A stretch of 61,727 nucleotides of DNA, the filler included, from Actinomycetota bacterium (GTDB lineage Bacteria; Actinomycetota; CADDZG01; JAHWKV01; JAOPZY01): NCBI GenBank assembly GCA_025963875.1. It is 6 parts of 6 records of this genome, joined end to end, with 100 filler letters (N's around TTAATTAATTAA, not from the genome) between each part and the next. Parts side by side here need not be neighbours in the genome. Positions count along the whole stretch, not along the records: positions 43,165 to 54,911 come from JAOPZY010000078.1; positions 55,012 to 61,727 come from JAOPZY010000132.1; 4 more parts are not named here. One strand, 5' to 3'. The notes beneath the pieces are model-generated. The model was not told the DNA's origin. It saw only the letters and a program-made list of their open reading frames with translations, and searched no databases. Positions 47,859-58,000 of this stretch are shown piece after piece; within the stretch, counting starts at the first letter, position 1; each line of letters starts with the position of its first letter. A program made the translations under genes and the position numbers.

Positions 47859-48884
47859 CTACGGGCTGTCTTTCTTCGCCCGGGAGGGCGACACCCGTCG
47901 GGGCTCACCCTTGGCCTTCGGGAAGTGCGGCGGCCACGGGGCGTCGCCCAGGCCGCCCGCCTCGTCGCGGCGGGCGAGGTCCAACAGCGAGTCCAGCCGG
48001 CCCGGATGCTCGTCGATCGTGGCCCCGGGGTCGCCGATCTCGGCGAAACGCTTGGGGACCGTGTCGAGGCGCAGGGTGGAGGGGTCGACGCCGGCCACCT
48101 CGTCCCACGAGAGGGGGCACGAGACCCTGGCGTCGGGCACCGGTCGCACCGAGTACGCCGACGCCACCGTGCGGTCCCTGGCGTTCTGGTTGTAGTCGAT
48201 GAACACCCCGTGGCGCTGCTCCTTCCACCATGCGGTGGTGGCGATGTCCGGTGCGCGGCGCTCCACCTCCCGGGCGAGCGCGAGGGCCGCCCGGCGGACC
48301 TCGGTGAAGTCCCACCGGGGCTCGACCCGCACGTTCACATGGATGCCCCGCTTCCCCGACGTCTTCGGGAACCCGGTGAGGCCATGCTCCTCCAGGACCT
48401 CGTTGACGACGAGCGCCACCTGCCGGGCGTCGTCGAAGGGGGCCTCGGGCGTGGGGTCGATGTCGACCCGAAGCTCGTCGGGATGGTCGACGTCGCCGCA
48501 GCGCACCGGCCACGGGTTGAGGTCGAGGCATCCGAGGTTGACGGCCCAGGCCAGGTGGGCGGCATCCTGGATCGCCAGGAACTCGGCCGAGCGCCCGCTC
48601 GGGAACCGCACTGTCGTCGTCTGGATCCACGGCGGCCGGTGCGGGGGGACCCGCTTCTGGTAGATCTCCTCGCCGTCGACCCCGTCGGGATACCGGTGCA
48701 GCATGTTGGGCCGGTCCCGGCACCCCACGAGCGCGCCCGGTGCCACGGCGAGGTAGTACTGCACCAGGTCGAGCTTCGTGAGCGGGCCTGCGGGCGACTG
48801 GGGGAAGAAGACCTTGGCCGGGTTGGTGATGCGGACGTCCCGCCCGTCCAGCTCGATCTCTATGGCGTCGCCGGCCGCGGGCAT
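47859..48884 (-). CDS. LigD-type primase-polymerase (Prim-PolC-like)
   Basis: ITNPAKVFF, HRYPDG, YQKRVP, DELRVDIDP, KTSGKRGIH, FIDYNQNARDRT..SAYS. Confidence 0.92.
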   Translation of the reverse strand: MPAAGDAIEIELDGRDVRITNPAKVFFPQSPAGPLTKLDLVQYYLAVAPGALVGCRDRPNMLHRYPDGVDGEEIYQKRVPPHRPPWIQTTTVRFPSGRSAEFLAIQDAAHLAWAVNLGCLDLNPWPVRCGDVDHPDELRVDIDPTPEAPFDDARQVALVVNEVLEEHGLTGFPKTSGKRGIHVNVRVEPRWDFTEVRRAALALAREVERRAPDIATTAWWKEQRHGVFIDYNQNARDRTVASAYSVRPVPDARVSCPLSWDEVAGVDPSTLRLDTVPKRFAEIGDPGATIDEHPGRLDSLLDLARRDEAGGLGDAPWPPHFPKAKGEPRRVSPSRAKKDSP

Positions 48885-48901
48885 GGCCTCAGCCTACGAC
48901 C

Positions 48902-49903
48902 TCAAGGCCCGGGTAGCCGCCGGCTCCTCATGCAGAGCACCCCCGTCCCGATCAGTACAAGGCCCAGGACCCCCAAGGGCGCGACCGGCACGCTCGGCCC
49001 CGTCACGGGGATCGCTCCCTTCAACTGCCCAGCACCCGTCTGCACAGTCGTCGCGGGGAGGCCCTTGGCAGCCTGGACGGTGATCGAGACCTGCGCCGCC
49101 TCGGGGGGTGCGGCCCGGTTGTCGTCGAGGTTCATCCCCGCCGCCGCGACGTGGCTCACAAAGGTCCCGGGCTCGGTGATCGGCCGGCTGCACCCGAAGA
49201 CCCATGCCTCCCCGGGGTCGAGGATCTTGTTGCCGTTGGCATCGCCACTGGCGTAGATCACCGGCGAGCAGCCGTCATCGGTCACCGTGACGCTCACCAT
49301 GGGGGCGGGAGTCGAGGAGTCGTTCTTCTCCACGTAGGTGGTGAGGGCGGTCAGCGGCGGGACCGTGCCGACCAGGGTCTCGAAGGTGAACAGGGTCGTG
49401 TGGGGCTGTGTGACGGCGGAGCCCAGGGTCTTGACCACGTTCGCCTGGTCGTTGATCGGGGCGTCGTGGAGGGTGCCGACCGCGGTGGCCTTCGCCACGG
49501 TGTTGGTGACACCGGGATTGACGGCAACGGAGTAGGAGACCGTGCCGAGGACGGTCCTCGCGGTTCCCGCCGGGAAGTCGACATTGGACCGGATGACGCT
49601 CGCCTGCCCGGTTGGCGTGCCGTCGGCCGCGGGGGCGTAGAACATGAAGGTGGTCGCCGAGAAGTTGCAGGCCCTGCCCTGCGGCGAGTCGACGTTCGCC
49701 GCGGAGATCGTGTAGACGATGGTGTCGCCGTTGCGGACGATGGTCCTGTCCCGACCGATGTCCAGGGCGAGGTTGTTCTGGGTGCAGCCCGCCGGGTTCT
49801 GATCCGCGGCCACCCGTGTGGCGGGAAGCACGAGCACGCCGAGGGCGGCCATCGAGACGAGCAGCCAGACGCGGTGCTGCGCGGTTCGACCACGCAATGC
49901 CAT
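48902..49903 (-). CDS. Exported Ig-like protein with a sortase-type C-terminal anchor
   Basis: Signal peptide, GDTIVYTI and GDANGNKILDPGEAW repeats, then IPVTG, a hydrophobic helix and a basic tail (RSRR). Confidence 0.75.
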   Translation of the reverse strand: MALRGRTAQHRVWLLVSMAALGVLVLPATRVAADQNPAGCTQNNLALDIGRDRTIVRNGDTIVYTISAANVDSPQGRACNFSATTFMFYAPAADGTPTGQASVIRSNVDFPAGTARTVLGTVSYSVAVNPGVTNTVAKATAVGTLHDAPINDQANVVKTLGSAVTQPHTTLFTFETLVGTVPPLTALTTYVEKNDSSTPAPMVSVTVTDDGCSPVIYASGDANGNKILDPGEAWVFGCSRPITEPGTFVSHVAAAGMNLDDNRAAPPEAAQVSITVQAAKGLPATTVQTGAGQLKGAIPVTGPSVPVAPLGVLGLVLIGTGVLCMRSRRLPGP

Positions 49904-50015
49904 ACCAAGCCTCCTCTTTGGACGAACGCGCGCAGCCTAAGCCCGGAACCCCCGGATTTGACGCATTTCCAGGCATGCCGACGCTGAAAACGTGGGCACT
50001 GAGAAGGCTGGTCAG

Positions 50016-50068
50016 ATCTTCTTTGTGTCGTTACCTGCGATTATCACTGGTATTCACACAAAGAAGAT
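50016..50068. repeat. AT-rich 53-bp inverted-repeat element, copy 2
   Basis: ATCTTCTTTGTGT-N27-ACACAAAGAAGAT. Confidence 0.85.
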
Positions 50069-50164
50069 GAGGAAGATGGTCAGAGCGTGTCTCTTGGGGC
50101 TGCGCCCGAGTTCCGCCCAGTCCTGGAATGGGTAGAACCGAGGGGAAGGAGAAAGGAGACATCG

Positions 50165-50362
50165 ATGGCGATGGACGACGAGATCGAAGGCAAGATGGAC
50201 CAGGTCAAGGGCAAGGTGAAGGAAGAGGTCGGCAAGGCGACGGGCGACCGGTCGACCGAGGCCGAAGGCCACGGCGATCAGTTCAAGGGCAAGGCCAAAG
50301 AAGCGCTCGGCGACGCCAAGGACGCTCTCGAGAAGGGCAAGGAAGCGATCACCAAGAGCTAG
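50165..50362 (+). CDS. CsbD-family general stress protein
   Basis: DEIEGKMDQVKGKVKEEVGKATGD..TEAEG..DQ.KG. AAGGAG RBS. Confidence 0.92.
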   Translation: MAMDDEIEGKMDQVKGKVKEEVGKATGDRSTEAEGHGDQFKGKAKEALGDAKDALEKGKEAITKS

Positions 50363-50374
50363 ATCCGTCCGAAC

Positions 50375-50404
50375 CCGCCGGGCCCCCACGCGGGGGCCCG
50401 GCGG
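50375..50404 (+). terminator. GC-rich 13-bp hairpin after the CsbD gene
   Basis: CCGCCGGGCCCCC-ACGC-GGGGGCCCGGCGG, no U tail. Confidence 0.6.
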
Positions 50405-50448
50405 CGCGTCCAGGGTTGGTCAGGGGAGCTGGACCGTAGGATGGCGCC

Positions 50449-52539
50449 GTGTACGAGTCTCGCTTCGTTGTGGTGCGGGCCCGCGGCATCCCCATCGGCG
50501 TCAGCTGGTCCTGGCTTCTCATCGCCGGCTTCCTCACGTGGTGGCTCACCAACCAGCTCTTCCCCCAGCGCTACCCCGGGCTGAGCACGGGGACCTACCT
50601 GGCGATGGCGGCCGCCTCGGCCCTGCTGTTCTTCGTCTCGATCGTCCTGCACGAGTTGGGTCACGCCTTCCGGGCGCTCAACGAAGGCATGAAGATCGAG
50701 GGCATCACCCTCTGGCTCTTCGGCGGCGTCGCGAGGTTCCTCGGCATGTTCCCCTCGGCGGGGGCGGAGCTGCGGATCGCCGTGGCGGGCCCGCTCGTCT
50801 CCGCGGCCCTGGCGGTGCTGTTCGGGCTCCTCGTCACCGCGGGTCAGCCTCTGGGGCTGCCGGTGCCGGTGCGGGGCGTGCTCGAATACCTGGCGGCGAT
50901 CAACGTCCTCGTGGTGATCTTCAACCTCGTGCCGGCGCTGCCGCTCGACGGAGGGCGGATCCTGCGGTCCCTCCTGTGGAAACGGCGGGGCGACTTCCCC
51001 TCGGCCACCCGGACCGCCGCCACCCTCGGGCAGGCGTTCGGCTTCCTCCTGGGGGCGTACGGCGTCTACGCCATCTCCCAGCGCCAGATGGCGACCGGCG
51101 TCTGGGTGGCCCTCGTGGGCGTCTTCATCGTCAATGCAGCCCGGGCGGAGGCCTCCTACGGCGCGGTCGACGGGACGCTCCAGCGCGCACGGGTGGGCGA
51201 CCTGATGACGCCCAACCCCGTGGTCGTCGCGCCCGGCACGACCATCGACGACCTGCTCCTGCGAGTGGCCGGCCAGGGCAGCCCCCTTCCTGCCTACCCG
51301 GTCGCAGACCAGGGCGAGCTCGTCGGGCTGATCTCGCTGCAGCGGGCCGGCTCGATCCGCCCGGAGGACCGGGCGAGCAGGACCGTCGCCGAGGCGATGA
51401 CCCCCCGGGAAAGGGTGGCGGTCCTCTCGCCGGACACCCCGATGCGGCAGGCACTCGGTGCCATCCAGGCGAGCGACGAGCCCGCAGTCGTCACGGAGGG
51501 GGGACGGATCGCGGGCCTGGTGTCGATCCTCGACGTGGCAAGGGTCCTGCAGGCACACCTCGGGCCCAACCACGCCCGGCCTCGGCGCAGGCACCGCACG
51601 GTGGTGGGGGGTGTGGGCGCCCTCGCGGCGCTGGTGGTGCTCGGCGTCGTCTGGCACCCACCGGTGTACGTCCTGTCGCCGGGACCGGCATCGGACGTGT
51701 CGCACGACATGACGATCACCGGGGTGCCGGCGCGGATCCCCTCCGCCCCCTACCTGCTCACGACCGTGCGTGCCGACCAGCACGCCGCCCTTGTCGACAT
51801 CGTCGAGATGTTCCGGCCGCACCGGGCGATGGTCACGACCGCCGACGTCGGCTCGATCGCCTTCCAGGACCTGATGTTCGAGGAGAGCCGGGTCCTGGCC
51901 GCCGCCGCGGCTGCCCAGGCCAGGGGCATCTCGGTGACGCTGACGGGCGCGGGGGTCCAGGTCATCGGCACCACGGCAGGGTCGCCGGCGGGGGGCAACC
52001 TGAGGACCGGTGACCTGATCACGGCCATCGACGGCGCGCCGGTCCACACGGAGTTTGACCTCCAGGATGCCGTCCGCTCCAAGCCGGCCGGCACCCGCTT
52101 CGGCCTCGCCGTCGAGCGGGACGGCAAGGGCCTCACCGTGACGACCACCAGCGGGAAGGGCAAGGATGGACCCGTCCTCGGCATCGTCCCCGTGACGAGG
52201 AAGATCGACGTGGCAGGCCCGTTCAAGATCACCTTCGTCCACCGGGACATCGGTGGTCCGTCGGCCGGTCTGGCGTATGCCCTGGCCATCGCGGACGCGC
52301 TCTCGACGGCCGGTCAAAGCCGGTCGGACGTCGTCGCCGCAACGGGCACGATCGACCGCACAGGGACCGTGGGCGACGTCGGCGGCGTGGACCTGAAGGG
52401 GGTCGGGGCCCGCCGGCAGGGGGCGAATCTGTTCATCGTCCCAGCCGACGAGCTGGCCGCCGCCAGGGGAACCGTCTCGAACGTGAAGGGCGTTGCGTCC
52501 CTCTCGGACGCTCTGGCGCTCCTCTCCCGTGCGCCCTGA
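50449..52539 (+). CDS. Fusion protease: M50 site-2 protease + CBS pair + TM + PDZ + Lon-type (S16) protease
   Basis: HELGH, IAVAGP, FNLVPALPLDGG; two CBS domains; TM; PDZ (GSPA...LRTGDLITAIDG); IGGPSAGL...GGVDLK. Confidence 0.88.
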   Translation: MYESRFVVVRARGIPIGVSWSWLLIAGFLTWWLTNQLFPQRYPGLSTGTYLAMAAASALLFFVSIVLHELGHAFRALNEGMKIEGITLWLFGGVARFLGMFPSAGAELRIAVAGPLVSAALAVLFGLLVTAGQPLGLPVPVRGVLEYLAAINVLVVIFNLVPALPLDGGRILRSLLWKRRGDFPSATRTAATLGQAFGFLLGAYGVYAISQRQMATGVWVALVGVFIVNAARAEASYGAVDGTLQRARVGDLMTPNPVVVAPGTTIDDLLLRVAGQGSPLPAYPVADQGELVGLISLQRAGSIRPEDRASRTVAEAMTPRERVAVLSPDTPMRQALGAIQASDEPAVVTEGGRIAGLVSILDVARVLQAHLGPNHARPRRRHRTVVGGVGALAALVVLGVVWHPPVYVLSPGPASDVSHDMTITGVPARIPSAPYLLTTVRADQHAALVDIVEMFRPHRAMVTTADVGSIAFQDLMFEESRVLAAAAAAQARGISVTLTGAGVQVIGTTAGSPAGGNLRTGDLITAIDGAPVHTEFDLQDAVRSKPAGTRFGLAVERDGKGLTVTTTSGKGKDGPVLGIVPVTRKIDVAGPFKITFVHRDIGGPSAGLAYALAIADALSTAGQSRSDVVAATGTIDRTGTVGDVGGVDLKGVGARRQGANLFIVPADELAAARGTVSNVKGVASLSDALALLSRAP

Positions 52540-52574
52540 TCGCGAGTTCGACTCGGAGGAGAGAACCGCCTAGA

Positions 52575-53630
52575 GTGGGTTTCGAGAGGGGGTGCCCCGA
52601 CGTGCCCAGAGCACTTGCCCAATCAATCGCGCTTCGGATCCCGACGCTGCTGGGACCCAACGGCGTCGGTGAATCGGTACTTCGCTGGAGCCTTTCGCAC
52701 GGCGTTCGGATCGTCATCATCGTCGCAACCGCATACGTGCTGTCGCGGGCGGCGCGCAAGCTGCTCACGCGCCTCGAACAGCGGTTGCGGACCGAGGACG
52801 CCGAGGCCGGACGCAGCCCGCAGCGATCCAAGACCCTTGCCGAGGTCAGCCGCAGCGTCGTCACGATGGTGGCGTGGGTCATCGCCACCCTGCTGGTACT
52901 GGGTGAGCTGGGCCTCAACCTGACGCCGCTCGTCGCCAGCGCCAGCATCGTCGGCGTGGCGCTGGGCTTCGGGGCGCAGAGCCTCGTACGGGACTTCCTC
53001 ACCGGCTTCTTCGTCCTGCTCGAAGACCAGTACGCCATCGGCGACGTCGTCGAGATCGGCCAGGTCGCCGGCACGGTCGAGCGCTTCACGCTGCGGATGA
53101 CGTCCCTGCGCTCCGAGGACGGGACGCTGCACAACATCGCCAACGGAACCATCCAGCGGGTGTCGAACTCCTCGGCGGGATGGGCGAGGGCCCTGGTGGA
53201 CATCGGCGTGGCCCTCGAGGCCGACCTCCAGCAGGTACAGGAAGCCTTCACCACGGCGGGCGACGCACTGCTGGCCGATCAAGAAGTCTCCGGCATGATG
53301 CTCGAGCCTCCGGACATCCTGGGCCCCCAGTCGATGAGCGAGTCGCAGGTCACCATCCGGGTGGCGATCAAGACCGTGCCGGGCCGGCGCGCAATCGTGG
53401 CCCGGGCCTACCGCCACGAGGTCAAGGGCGCCCTGGAGCGCTCCCAGATCCCGATCTCGAGCCCGTCGTCGATGATGATCGTCGAGTCCGACGGCAAGGT
53501 GCTCAGCATGACCCCGGCAGGCGGCAATGGGTCCGGCTTCGGTAGCAACGCGGCCCCCAACGACGGCGCCGGATCGGGAGACGGGTCGGATACGGGTGCC
53601 GACGACGGGCCGCACTTCCTCACGGGCTGA
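52575..53630 (+). CDS. Small-conductance mechanosensitive channel (MscS family)
   Basis: GVALGFGAQSLVRDFLTG, EDQYAIGD, GTVE..TLR.T. Start uncertain. Confidence 0.9.
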   Translation: MGFERGCPDVPRALAQSIALRIPTLLGPNGVGESVLRWSLSHGVRIVIIVATAYVLSRAARKLLTRLEQRLRTEDAEAGRSPQRSKTLAEVSRSVVTMVAWVIATLLVLGELGLNLTPLVASASIVGVALGFGAQSLVRDFLTGFFVLLEDQYAIGDVVEIGQVAGTVERFTLRMTSLRSEDGTLHNIANGTIQRVSNSSAGWARALVDIGVALEADLQQVQEAFTTAGDALLADQEVSGMMLEPPDILGPQSMSESQVTIRVAIKTVPGRRAIVARAYRHEVKGALERSQIPISSPSSMMIVESDGKVLSMTPAGGNGSGFGSNAAPNDGAGSGDGSDTGADDGPHFLTG

Positions 53631-53788
53631 TCGGGGGCTGATCGGGTCCGACCGTCATGAGGGGTGGAACTTTTGGGACGGAGAGCGACACATTCTTTCC
53701 ACACCTCTGGCTGAGCCGTTCGGAACTCCCATTTCTCGCGGGCGAATCCAAAACGGGGTGATTTCTGTCGGTACTCCCCGACCCCCGC

Positions 53789-53810
53789 TATCCTTACGAA
53801 CATGTGTTCC
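53789..53810 (+). promoter_or_regulatory. -10 element (TATCCT) plus LexA/SOS box (CGAACATGTGTTCC)
   Basis: GAAC-N4-GTTC at 53798-53809. ATG at 53802 lies 7 nt after the -10. Confidence 0.65.
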
Positions 53811-53860
53811 CTTCGCCAGAATCCTCCGCTTAGGGGCCCGCGAGGAAATAACCTGCGCGA

Positions 53861-54910
53861 TCATGCCGCGCCGGCCTCCGCTTCGCGCTTTTGACGGCGC
53901 AGGCTCAGCCCGAGCCAGAGAATGTTGCGGGCGGCGTTGACGTCCGCATGGTCCTTGAACCCGCACGCACGGCAGCAGAACACCGCCTGCGAGGGGCGGT
54001 TCGCCGCCTCGGTGTGCCCGCAGGACGAGCAGCGCCGGCTGGTGCCCCTGGGGTTCACCACGATCAGCTCGCGACCAGCATCCTCCGCTTTGTACGCGAC
54101 CATCGAGATGAGGCCTCCCCATGAGGCGGCAAGGATCTCCCGGTTGAGCCCGGCCTTCTGCGCCACCCGGGAGCCGGGTTCCTCCAGGGTGCCCCTTGCG
54201 GAGCGGACCATGTTGGCGATCTTGAGATCCTCGAACACCAGCAAACCGTACGAGTTCACCAGCCTGCGGGAGAGCTGGTGGAGGCCGTCGCGGCGGCGGT
54301 GGGCGACCCGGCGGTGCTGGTTGGCCACCCGGGCAACGGCCTTCCTCCGCCGGTTGGAGCCACGCTGCTTGAGGGCGAGGCACCGCTGGGCGTCCGTGAG
54401 GGCTTGCCTCCCCGCGGCCAGGTGGCGGGGGTTCTCGAAGAACTCCCCGTCGGAGCTTGCCGCCAGGTTCGCAACGCCGAGGTCGAGGCCCGCCTGGGTA
54501 TCGGTGGGAGGTAGGGGCTGCGCAGGCACCTCGGCGCACTGGATGGTGGCCGTCCAGCGCCTTCCCTGCCTGCGGACGTGCAGCGTCTTGGGAATGCCCC
54601 TGAGGCTGCGGTGCAGTTTGATCCTCACGTGGCCGATGCCTTGGAGGTAGAGCCGGTGGTCGGGCTCCTTCAGCTTCCAGCCGGTCACGTCCTCGTAGGA
54701 GACGCAGTCGAAGCGGGAGCTGGCCCGGAAGCGCGGGAAGCCGGGCTTCTGGCCGGCGGCGACCCGGCGGAAGAAAGCCGAGAGCGCCCGGTCGAGGCGG
54801 GTGAGCGTGCCCCGGGCCACGGTGACCCCGTACTGCAGGAAGTCGGGGCGGACCTCGTGCAGGTCCTTCAGCTGGGCGAACTGGTCGTAGCGGGTGATGC
54901 GGATGCCCCG
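53861..54910 (-). CDS. tnpB: RNA-guided endonuclease TnpB (IS200/IS605 family) (5'-partial)
   Basis: PGFPRF, RuvC-I GLDLG, RuvC-II VFEDL, TSRRCSSCG/CRACG zinc finger, RuvC-III HADVNAARNI. Confidence 0.95.
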   Translation of the reverse strand, partial: RGIRITRYDQFAQLKDLHEVRPDFLQYGVTVARGTLTRLDRALSAFFRRVAAGQKPGFPRFRASSRFDCVSYEDVTGWKLKEPDHRLYLQGIGHVRIKLHRSLRGIPKTLHVRRQGRRWTATIQCAEVPAQPLPPTDTQAGLDLGVANLAASSDGEFFENPRHLAAGRQALTDAQRCLALKQRGSNRRRKAVARVANQHRRVAHRRRDGLHQLSRRLVNSYGLLVFEDLKIANMVRSARGTLEEPGSRVAQKAGLNREILAASWGGLISMVAYKAEDAGRELIVVNPRGTSRRCSSCGHTEAANRPSQAVFCCRACGFKDHADVNAARNILWLGLSLRRQKREAEAGAA

Positions 54911-54911
54911 C

Positions 54912-55011
54912 NNNNNNNNNNNNNNNNNNNNNNNNNNNNNNNNNNNNNNNNNNNNTTAATTAATTAANNNNNNNNNNNNNNNNNNNNNNNNNNNNNNNNN
55001 NNNNNNNNNNN
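54912..55011. other. Artificial contig linker
   Basis: N-TTAATTAATTAA-N. Confidence 0.99.
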
Positions 55012-55012
55012 C

Positions 55013-58000
55013 GAGGCGCTCCTCACCGAAGGTGCCCGATGGGCCGCGCACGTCCGTGAGTCCGTCGGTGAAGAACAGGGCGACGTCGCCCACCTTCAGC
55101 TCGTTGACCTTCTCCGGCAGGTCCGGCCCCGGCAGGAAACCGATGAGCGTCCCCGGCCGGCCCGCCCGCTCGACGGTCCCGGCGGCTCGCAGCAGCAGCG
55201 GCGGAGGGTGGCCCCCGCAGGCCACCGTGAGCCGCAACCCGCTCGCACGCCAGCGGAGCCTGCCGAAGGCGATGGTGAGGAAGCGGCTGGACGGGCGCTC
55301 GTCCATCACGGCCTCGTTGAGCTGCAGCAGGATCTCCCGTGGCTGGCGGTGTTCCCGGGCCGCCGCCCGGACGGTGTACCGGGCGAGGGCCGTCAGCGAT
55401 GCCGCCTCCACGCCCTTGCCCGAGATGTCGCCGATGGCGAGCGCCCACGCCCCCTCCCCGACGCCGAAGACGTCGTAGAAGTCACCACCGACCTCGGAGG
55501 TCGCGCTGGCGGGCCGGTAGCGCGCCGCGATCTCGACGCCAGGGATCTCCGGAAGGCCCGGCGGCAGCAGACTCGCCTGGAGGGTCATGGCGATGTGGCG
55601 CTGGGCTTCGAACAACCGGGCACGGTCGAGAGCCAGGGCGACCCGCTGGGCGAGGTCCTGCGCCAGGGCGAGATCGTCCGGGCCGTAGCGCGGACCGCCG
55701 GGGGATGCAAGGGCCAGGCTGAGGCACCCCAGCACCCGTGAGTGGGCCACGAGCGGGGTGGCGACGTAGGAGCCGACCGGAGATCCCGTGAAGGCCTGAA
55801 GGAGCGCAGGAGGTGCCTGTCCGACGTCGGGGATCAGCAGGGGGCGGCGGGAGCGGATGACGCCGGCCGCCAGGCCGTCACCGCCCATCTCCAGGTCCTG
55901 GTTCGAGGCGACCGCCACCCTCACGATGCTCCCGTCCTCGAGCGTGAGGTCGATCGCGCAGCAGTCGGCAAGTGACTCCACCACCAGCTCCGCGAGCGCC
56001 TTCAGCGTGGCCTCGATGTCCAGTGCCCCCGTCAGCAGCGTGCTGGCCTCCAGGAGAAACGCCAGGCGTGCCCGTCCCCGATCCGCTTCGAGGCGCGCCA
56101 CCAGCTCGGACTCGTACAGGCGGCTGCGGTCCTCCTGGGCACGCTTCAGGTCGCTCACGTCGCGGAAGTACCAGGCACGGCCGCGGTAGACGCCGTCCTC
56201 GCCCGCCAGGGGGGTACTCCAGCGGTCGAAGACCCTGCCGTCCACCAGCCGGATCTCCTCTCGGCTCCGGTCCGCCCGATGCGCCCGCAGGTAGTGCACC
56301 CGGGCGGCGAAGCCATCGGGATCGTCGACCAGCCTGGTGACCCAGGCGAGGAGCGCGTCGGCGTCGCGGGACTCGAGGATGTCCTCCGGGACGGACCACA
56401 TCTCGGCGAGCTGCCGGTTGAAGGAGAGGATCGCTCCGTCGGACGACACGACGAGGACCCCCTCGATCGCCGCCTCGGCCTGCGACGTGAGGAGCACCTT
56501 CTGCAGCTCGGTCTGCTGGTAGAGGCGGGCGTTGTCGAGCGCCAGGGCCGCCCGCCGGGCAAGGTCATGCGCGAGGGCCATGTCGTCAGGGCCGTAGCGC
56601 CGGCCCGAGTCCGTGGTGGTGATCAGCGTCAGGGCCCCCAGGGTCCGCCCCCGGGCAGCCAGCGGCACGCTGATGTACGAACGGAAGCCCAGGGCCTCCG
56701 TGAGCCGGCGGTGCTCGGCATCTCGCGTGGTGGCCGACATGAAGCCCTCTCCCATATCCGACGCCCATTGCGGCTTCCCCGTCTGCATCACCCGGACGGC
56801 CGGATGCTCCCCAGCAGGGTCGGGAGCGTACTTCAGGCGGAGCAGGTCGGCGAGTGGTTGGCGCTCGGCTTTGGCTGCCTCGGCCGCCACCCGGTGGATC
56901 GAGCCGTCCTCGGGGTCGAGCAGATCGATGAGGCAGAGGTCGCAGAGTGTGGAGGCGGCGACGCGGGCGAGGCGGGCCAGCCCTTCCTCGTAGTCGAGCG
57001 ACGAGGACAGGATCTGGCTCACATCCAGCAGGAGCGCCATCTCGGAACGGGTCTGCTCGGCAAGCGACCTGGCCTGGCGCTCCTCCTCGAAGAGCCTGGC
57101 ATTGTCGATGGCAAGGCCGGCTCGCTGCGCGACGTCCTCCACGAGCAGCACGTCGTCGGGGCCGTAACGGCGACCGGACTCGGCGCTGGCCAGGAGGATG
57201 AGACCGACCGTGCGCTCCCGCGCCTGCACCGGCACCATCATCACGGAACGGATGTCCATTTTCTCCATGAGCGCGTAGTGCTCCTCGTCCACGGCGGCAG
57301 CGTGGAGATGCTCCTCCGTGACGTCTTGGACCACCACGGAGCGGCCCTCCTGCAGGCCGCGCGGCAACAGCTCGTGCCCACGGAGCGGATAGGACTCGAC
57401 CCTGGCCACCAGCTCGGCCTTCGCCGGGTCGGCGTGTCGGACCACGAGGCGGCGCACCGTGCCGTCCCCTGCTACTTCCCGGATGGCGCAGTAGTCGGCC
57501 AGCCGGGGCACCAGGAACTCCGCCACCCGCTCCAGCACCCCGCGGTAGTCGAGGGAGGCAGCCAGCAGTTGCGGCCCGAGCGAGGAGAGAAAACCAAGCC
57601 GCTCCTCGCTCTCCTGCCGGGCGAGGAGCGCCCGCTGCCGTACCGTGACGTCCCGGAACACCGTGACCGAGCCCAGCGGTTCCCCCCGCCCGTCCAGCAG
57701 TTCCTGCGCACGCACGACCACCCAGTACTCCGCACCGGTGATCCGGTGGCGGTACCGAAAGGTGCTCTCGACCGGAGCGTCGCTGGTGAGTGCCCGCCGC
57801 CCGGGGAAGCCCTCCCGGGTGACGGGACGGCCGGCGGTGTCGAAGACCTCGAAGGGGGCCGCGAGCTGGTCGACCGGCGTGGCGAGCAGCTCCTCCACCG
57901 AGGATTTGCCCAGCACGCGCGCGGCTTCCCCGTTCGCCCACAGCAGCCTGCCGTCGCTGCCCCGAGCGATGATGCCCTCCCCCGTTGCGTCGAGGACCCC

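Noticed and set aside
45117..48884. ligC + primase-polymerase as a novel repair or defence system
   Set aside because: The LigC/Prim-PolC pairing is already described in actinobacteria, and the two intervening genes show no functional link.
53766..53794. TGTCGG as a PafBC/RecA-NDp promoter motif
   Set aside because: The spacing to the -10 hexamer is 17 nt, longer than the short spacing of that motif.
8053..55011. Recurrent TTAATTAATTAA motif, and gene neighbourhoods across N-runs (e.g. toxin next to the Rep-like element)
   Set aside because: Artificial concatenation linkers; adjacency across them has no biological meaning.
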